NCBI GenBank assembly: GCA_023430885.1
Contig: JAEYYH010000026.1
Span: forward strand, 19,599-83,598
From: Bacillota bacterium
Lineage (GTDB): Bacteria > Bacillota_I > Bacilli_A > RF39 > UBA660
Length of the DNA stretch: 64,000 nucleotides
Reading direction: 5' to 3'
The stretch's first letter is position 1, and each line of letters opens with the position of its first letter. Both the position numbers and the translations under genes were made by a program. The notes beneath the pieces are model-generated. The model did no database searches. It had not been told where the DNA came from and was given only the letters and a program-made list of their open reading frames with translations. This document shows positions 58,451 through 64,000 of this stretch, piece by piece.

Positions 58451-59506
58451 ATGATAGAAAGATTAGAAAATATTGAAAAAAAATATAATGAGCTTAATGA
58501 AGAAGTAATGAAACCCGAAACTATTTCTAATATTAAAAGAACATTAGAAATAACAAAAGAACAATCTTTATTAAGAGAAGCATATGAGGCATATCAAGAG
58601 TATAAAAAAATATTAAATGAAATAGAAGAAGCTAAGGAACTTGTTAAAGATCCAGAACTTGGAGAATTTGCTAAAGAAGAACTTAGTGAACTTGAAACAA
58701 AAAAATCTTCTATGGAAAGTGAATTTGAAATTCTTTTACTTCCTAAAGATCCTAATGATGCTAAAAATATTATTATGGAAATAAGAGGCGCAGCAGGTGG
58801 AGATGAAGGTAATATCTTTGCTGGCGATTTATATCGCATGTATACAAGATATGCTGAAAAACAAGGATGGAAATATGAAACACTTTCTGAAATAGAAGGC
58901 GAAGCAGGTGGATATTCTTTAATAGAGTTTTTAATTAAGGGAGATAGTGTATATTCAAAACTTAAGTATGAATCAGGAGCTCATAGAGTTCAAAGAGTGC
59001 CTGAAACAGAATCACAAGGTAGAGTACATACTTCTACAGCAACGGTTTTAGTAATGCCAGAAGCTGAGGAAGTAGATTATGAACTTGATATGAGTGAAGT
59101 TAGAATAGATATAACAAGAAGTAGTGGTTGCGGTGGTCAAGGTGTTAATACTACTGATTCAGCTGTTAGACTTACACATTTACCAACTGGAATAACAGTA
59201 TATTCTCAACAAGAAAGATCTCAAATTAAGAATAAAGAAAGAGCAATCAAGATACTTCAAACAAGACTATTTGATTTTAAAACTCAACAAAGAGAACAAG
59301 AATTAGGTACAGAAAGAAGAAGTAAAATAGGTACAGGTGATCGTTCTGAAAAGATAAGAACATACAATTATCCTCAAAACCGTGTTACAGATCATAGAAT
59401 TGGATTTACATTAAAACAATTAGATAGAGTTATGGAAGGAGAGCTTGATGAAATTATTGAGGCCCTAATAACTGAAGATCAAGCACGCAAACTTCGTGGA
59501 GAATAA
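58451..59506 (+). CDS. prfA: Peptide chain release factor 1
   Basis: PET tripeptide context (QRVPETESQGR) and GGQ motif (SGCGGQGVNTTDSAVR). Confidence 0.93.
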   Translation: MIERLENIEKKYNELNEEVMKPETISNIKRTLEITKEQSLLREAYEAYQEYKKILNEIEEAKELVKDPELGEFAKEELSELETKKSSMESEFEILLLPKDPNDAKNIIMEIRGAAGGDEGNIFAGDLYRMYTRYAEKQGWKYETLSEIEGEAGGYSLIEFLIKGDSVYSKLKYESGAHRVQRVPETESQGRVHTSTATVLVMPEAEEVDYELDMSEVRIDITRSSGCGGQGVNTTDSAVRLTHLPTGITVYSQQERSQIKNKERAIKILQTRLFDFKTQQREQELGTERRSKIGTGDRSEKIRTYNYPQNRVTDHRIGFTLKQLDRVMEGELDEIIEALITEDQARKLRGE

Positions 59507-60272
59507 TTTAATTGAATATGGAGTTTCTAAACTAAGAGAAAATAATATTGATACTCAGTTGGCATATTATTTATACAAATATTTAAATAATTTAGATGTT
59601 TATAAAGAATCAATAGATAAACTTATAAAGGGAATACCAGTTCAGTACATAGTCGGGAATGTTGATTTTTATGGACTTATATTTAATGTCAATGAAAATG
59701 TTTTAATCCCACGTTTTGAAACAGAAGAATTAGTTGAAAAATCAATTAAATATATAAATAATTTTTTTGGTAATAAAGTTGATATAGTTGATATTGGAAC
59801 AGGAAGTGGATGCATTGCCATTTCACTTAAAAAACATCTGTTATGTAATATGGATGCAGTAGATATTTCAACTAAAGCTTTAGAAGTAGCAAGGGGAAAT
59901 GCTAAGAAACTAAATGCTGATATAAATTTCTATAATGGTGATTTATTAACTCCTTTAAATAAAAGATATGATGTAATAATAAGCAATCCTCCATATATTT
60001 CAAAAAATGAAGAGATAATGGATTTGGTCAAAAAGAATGAGCCCAATATAGCTTTATATGCTGATAATGAAGGTCTTAAAAATTATGAAGATATCTTAAA
60101 AAATGCTTCTAATCACTTAAATAATAAAAATATGATTATTTTTGAAATAGGGGAAACACAAGGTGTTAAAATAAAGGAAATGACACTAGATTATTTTCCT
60201 GAATCAACTGTGAAAATTGAAAAAGATATGCAAGGAAGAGATAGATTTATATTCATTTTTAATGAATCATAA
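59496..60272 (+). CDS. prmC: Release factor glutamine N5-methyltransferase (HemK/PrmC), GTG start overlapping the prfA stop
   Basis: VDIGTGSGCIAI SAM motif and NPPY catalytic motif. Confidence 0.85.
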   Translation: MENNLIEYGVSKLRENNIDTQLAYYLYKYLNNLDVYKESIDKLIKGIPVQYIVGNVDFYGLIFNVNENVLIPRFETEELVEKSIKYINNFFGNKVDIVDIGTGSGCIAISLKKHLLCNMDAVDISTKALEVARGNAKKLNADINFYNGDLLTPLNKRYDVIISNPPYISKNEEIMDLVKKNEPNIALYADNEGLKNYEDILKNASNHLNNKNMIIFEIGETQGVKIKEMTLDYFPESTVKIEKDMQGRDRFIFIFNES

Positions 60273-60320
60273 ATCTTTTTTTTTGCTTTATATTATGCTA
60301 TACTTATAATAGGTGATAGT

Positions 60321-62369
60321 ATGAAAAATAAAAAAGGATTCACGCTTGTAGAGTTAATTGCAATAATAATTGTTATTGGAATAATTATTGGAATTATAGC
60401 GCCTACTGCAATTAAACTTATAGAGAAATCCAAGGTTAATTCTTTTAGAGAAGGTTTAAGAAGTATAATACGATCAGCGGAAATTTATATGGAAGAAAAT
60501 GATTTGAAAACTCTTCCAGAAGATGGAATATATTTACAAGATAACGATCTTGATATTGATTATGCGGATGGTTATAGTGGAATAATAAAATATATAAATG
60601 GAGAAATTGTATTACAAAATATAGGTAACGGGACATATTGTGGTAGTGGCAGTAAAGATACTTTATCTGTATCTGGTTTTACTGAAGATTGTGTAGTGGT
60701 CAAACCTGAGCCTCAGTGCTACTTGATGGGAACCACTGATACTACAGGTGATACTATCATTGGGTACGATTATGAAAAAGAAGATTGTAGTTCTATGGAA
60801 TTATCAATTCCAGCGACAGTTAATGAAGTGCCTGTTAAATATATTGCAGATGGAGCATTTTTAGATTCTTATGAATATGTACTTGGTGTAGGTTACTATG
60901 ACACTACTCCATTAGGTGGTCCAGGTCTTTTTCCAGTAATTGAACTTTTAGATAATTTATCTTATATGGGTGTGACTCCTTTTGAAACAATCTATATGAA
61001 TACTCTTCCGCAAATGCCAAAATTCTGTCTTACAACTTCTATGGAAGAAGCAACGGTTCCAATAAATTATATGATGTCATCAGGTGGATACGTTTTTTGC
61101 AATTTTGAAATGTATGATGATCTTTCTTCTTATCAAGCACATGGTATTGGTATAACAAAAGTAGATTTTAGTAATGCAACTAATTTGGTTAAAATTGGTA
61201 ATTCAGCTTTTTCTTATAATTTTATAACAGGGGCAATGGATTTAAGTGGTGCCACTAAATTAACAGAAATAGCTTCAAATGCCTTTGGTTATAATCAAAT
61301 AGAATCTATAAAGTTACCTAGTAGTCTTGTTACAATAGGAAGTTCTGCTTTTGTAGGTAATCAAATACAAACAATATCAATACCTTCTTCAGTTACAACA
61401 ATTGGCGATTATGCTTTTGAAGATAATAATTGGAATAGCGTTACTATTGGATCAAACTCAACTAATAAAGAAGATAGATTTAATGATAGTTGGGAAGTTA
61501 TCGGCTGGCCTTTGGAAATAATGCCAGAAGAATCTATTTCTGATCCTATTGATTATACATTAACGACGTCAACAAACACATTTGATTATATAAAAGGTTA
61601 TTATATTGTAAATGTTCAAACAAGTGGTAATTATAAATTAGAAGTTTGGGGCGGTTCCGGTTCAAATGGTGCTTCAAATGATCCTTCTGCATATGCATAT
61701 CCAAGTTATAGCGGTGGCTATACATCAGGTACAGTATATCTTTCTGCAGGAACAAAAATATATGTATACGTTGGTGGCGCAGGAAATGATATAAAAGGTG
61801 GATATAATGGAGGTGGAAACTCCATTTCACCAGATGGCGATTGTGAAGACAATGGCGCTGGCGGTGGCGCTACTGACATAAGATTAGTTGGTGGAGATTG
61901 GAATGCTCAATCAAGTTTATTGTCAAGGATTATTGTGGCTGGCGGTGGCGGCGGCGGTAGAGTAACCGCGCCATCTACAAATGCTGGTACTGAAATAGGA
62001 TTGGCTGGATCACAAACACAATCTGGAGTGGCAACGGATACTGAAAATTCTTGGAATGATAGTATAACTTGCGATATTGCTGGAGGTTTTGGTTTTGGTG
62101 GCTCAGAAAATTCGTCAGATGATAATCCCGGCGGTGGCGGAGGCTGGTATGGTGGATGTTCAGGCTATGATGCTATGGGTGGTGGTGGTTCTAACTACGC
62201 ACTTACTAGCGAATCAGTAAAACCATCAGGATATACCCCAACTAGTACTTACTATTTGTCTAACATTGTATCAACAGCTGGTAATGCTTCAATGCCAACT
62301 TATGATGGTCTTAGTACAATGACTGGAAATATAGGCAATGGCTATGCCAAAATAACTTATATTGGATAA
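60321..62369 (+). CDS. Modular type IV pilin paralog: prepilin leader plus pilin domain, short LRR block, C-terminal Gly-rich domain
   Basis: MKNKKG|FTLVELIAIIIVIGI. D-region GNGTYCGSGSKDTLSVSGFTEDC. LRR_5-type repeats. Gly-rich C-terminus with GGGATDIRL, RIIVAGGGGGG, ending GNGYAKITYIG. Confidence 0.65.
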   Translation: MKNKKGFTLVELIAIIIVIGIIIGIIAPTAIKLIEKSKVNSFREGLRSIIRSAEIYMEENDLKTLPEDGIYLQDNDLDIDYADGYSGIIKYINGEIVLQNIGNGTYCGSGSKDTLSVSGFTEDCVVVKPEPQCYLMGTTDTTGDTIIGYDYEKEDCSSMELSIPATVNEVPVKYIADGAFLDSYEYVLGVGYYDTTPLGGPGLFPVIELLDNLSYMGVTPFETIYMNTLPQMPKFCLTTSMEEATVPINYMMSSGGYVFCNFEMYDDLSSYQAHGIGITKVDFSNATNLVKIGNSAFSYNFITGAMDLSGATKLTEIASNAFGYNQIESIKLPSSLVTIGSSAFVGNQIQTISIPSSVTTIGDYAFEDNNWNSVTIGSNSTNKEDRFNDSWEVIGWPLEIMPEESISDPIDYTLTTSTNTFDYIKGYYIVNVQTSGNYKLEVWGGSGSNGASNDPSAYAYPSYSGGYTSGTVYLSAGTKIYVYVGGAGNDIKGGYNGGGNSISPDGDCEDNGAGGGATDIRLVGGDWNAQSSLLSRIIVAGGGGGGRVTAPSTNAGTEIGLAGSQTQSGVATDTENSWNDSITCDIAGGFGFGGSENSSDDNPGGGGGWYGGCSGYDAMGGGGSNYALTSESVKPSGYTPTSTYYLSNIVSTAGNASMPTYDGLSTMTGNIGNGYAKITYIG

Positions 62370-62375
62370 CATTAA

Positions 62376-62401
62376 AATAAAGGATCAAACTCCTTTATTT
62401 T
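62376..62401 (+). terminator. Rho-independent terminator (AAAGGATCAAACTCCTTT plus T-run)
   Basis: Hairpin plus T-run. Confidence 0.5.
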
Positions 62402-62440
62402 TTTTAATTATTATAGTAAAATAACCTATAGGTGATGAAT

Positions 62441-63085
62441 ATGTTTGATAAAGTATTAAATTTAGTAAAAACTAGAAATTTAGTAGTTCCTGGAACTATA
62501 TTTTTTCATTTAAATGAATTAGGAATTAGTTATGAGGAATTATATATTCTAACATATGTTATTAATCTTGATAATTTAGAATTTGATATGGTTAAAATGT
62601 CTAAAGAACTAAACATGAAACCCAAAGAACTTTTGGTCGTAGTTAATTCTTTAGTTGAAAAAGATTACTTAAAACTAGATGTAATTAAAAATGAATGTAA
62701 TGCGGGCGAATATTTTAACTTAGATGGAATATATCGAAAATTAGCTTTTAATATAATTGGAAAAGAAGAAGAAAAGATTACTATACCAGCTACTTTATAT
62801 GATGAATTTGAACAAGACTTTAAAAGACCATTAACTCCTATGGAATTTCAAATAATAGATGCATGGAAAGAAGTAGGATACTCTTCTGAACTTATTATAT
62901 TAGCTTTAAAAGAGGCTACTTATAATGGGGCTTATAGTGTGACATATATTGATAAAGTATTGAGTGCTTGGGATAAAAAGGGGATAAGAACTGCTGCAGA
63001 TGTTGAAAAAAACAAACAAGAATTTAAGAAAAATAAAACAGTTCCCGCTGAATTAGAAGAAGAGTATGATTGGTTAAATGAATAA
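62441..63085 (+). CDS. DnaD-domain replication initiation / membrane attachment protein (DnaD/DnaB-like)
   Basis: Winged-helix N-terminus and C-terminal DnaD-like domain (YNGAYSVTYIDKVLSAWDKKGI). dnaD-nth adjacency as in B. subtilis. Confidence 0.65.
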   Translation: MFDKVLNLVKTRNLVVPGTIFFHLNELGISYEELYILTYVINLDNLEFDMVKMSKELNMKPKELLVVVNSLVEKDYLKLDVIKNECNAGEYFNLDGIYRKLAFNIIGKEEEKITIPATLYDEFEQDFKRPLTPMEFQIIDAWKEVGYSSELIILALKEATYNGAYSVTYIDKVLSAWDKKGIRTAADVEKNKQEFKKNKTVPAELEEEYDWLNE

Positions 63086-63704
63086 AGAAAGAATATTTAA
63101 TTATTTAGATGAATTAATTACAAATCCGATTTGCGAGTTAGACTTTACTAAAGATTATGAACTTTTGATTGCAGTAATGCTTAGTGCACAAACAACAGAT
63201 AAAAGAGTTAATATGGTTACTAAAGTTTTATTTGACGAGTACCAATCACTTGAAGAATTAAGCAAAGCAAATATTGAAGATGTTAAAAAAATTATTAAAT
63301 CACTTGGAACTTATTCTAAAAAAGCTTCTAATGTAGTTATAATATCTAATAGATTACTTAACGATAGTAATGGAGTAGTACCTAATGATCGTGATTTTTT
63401 AGAAAGTTTACCAGGAGTAGGCAGAAAGACAACTAATGTAGTTCTAGGCATCCTTTATAATGTTCCGTGTATTGCTGTTGATACACACGTAGCTAGAGTA
63501 GCAGTAAGACTTGGTTTTGCTAAAGAAGGAGACTCTGTTTATACTATTGAGCAAAAGCTAACAAAAAAAATACCAAAAGATAATATGATAAGAATTCATC
63601 ATCAACTTTTATTATTTGGTAGATATTATTGTAAAGCAATTAAACCAGAATGCCAAACATGTAAATTATATGATATATGTAAAGAAAAAAGGAAATCATT
63701 TTGA
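63078..63704 (+). CDS. nth: Endonuclease III
   Basis: HhH-GPD (LPGVGRKTTNVVL), catalytic Lys/Asp, C-terminal 4Fe-4S cluster C-x6-C-x2-C-x5-C. Confidence 0.88.
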   Translation: MNKERIFNYLDELITNPICELDFTKDYELLIAVMLSAQTTDKRVNMVTKVLFDEYQSLEELSKANIEDVKKIIKSLGTYSKKASNVVIISNRLLNDSNGVVPNDRDFLESLPGVGRKTTNVVLGILYNVPCIAVDTHVARVAVRLGFAKEGDSVYTIEQKLTKKIPKDNMIRIHHQLLLFGRYYCKAIKPECQTCKLYDICKEKRKSF

Positions 63705-63718
63705 TTTCCTTTTTATAT

Positions 63719-64000
63719 TAGTTTGTAATTGTAAGTGTACCAGTATTACTAGGTGATTTAGAACCACATGCATATGTTACTTTTAATGAATGTGTTCCAA
63801 CATCTAAAGTTTTAATTTCATTAATAGCAGCAGTCCAACTCGTATATTTTGATCCACTATCAATAACAATTTCACTTACTGTAGTACATGAACTTGGTGA
63901 AACAGTTACATAATTTGCATAATTATATGTGCCACCTTTTGTTATACTTGCAGGGGCAATTGTTACACTATATGTAGTAGCTGTTCCATTAATTTTTGCT
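63719..64000 (-). CDS. 3' end of a minus-strand gene for a surface/Ig-like-domain protein (no start in window; absent from the ORF track)
   Basis: Reverse-complement translation reads ...LDVGTHSLKVTYACGSKSPSNTGTLTITN* with stop at 63719-63721. Open to the window edge. Confidence 0.3.

Overview
Low-GC (roughly 28-30% GC) Firmicutes chromosomal segment from a spore-former (spoIVA, cse60). Ribosome-binding sites are GGTGAT-type and most predicted genes lie on the + strand. The window opens inside a conjugative type IV secretion module: a VirB4-like ATPase, a SpoIID+CHAP cell-wall hydrolase, a lipoprotein and a VirD4/TraG-like coupling protein. That module ends abruptly at about 7.9 kb against core genes. 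The rest is mostly housekeeping: gpmI, polC immediately followed by polA, an LCP protein, a DEAD-box helicase, spoIVA, a T-box-controlled tRNA-Asn/gatCAB-asnS-aspS locus, hup, cca, dus, lysS, ackA, nrnA, a two-component system, a radical SAM gene, an M23 peptidase, cse60, an ABC-F ATPase, ddl, prfA-prmC, a dnaD-like gene and nth. The most unusual structure is two tandem, near-duplicate T-box leaders driven by a perfect TTGACT-17-TATAAT promoter, with a tRNA-Asn(GUU)-like gene carrying a non-canonical T-loop (C55) sandwiched between them, all upstream of gatC-gatA-gatB-asnS-aspS. A second theme is a dispersed family of type IV pilin-domain proteins sharing the N-terminus KKGFTL[VI]E and a C-terminal disulfide-loop pilin domain. 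It comprises one minimal pilin, two giant modular pilins with BspA-type leucine-rich repeats and a C-terminal glycine-rich domain, and two tandem membrane-anchored pilin-like paralogs next to a two-component system. No CRISPR array, rRNA, integrase or transposase was seen. All coordinates for non-CDS elements are hand-counted and may be off by 1-2 nt.
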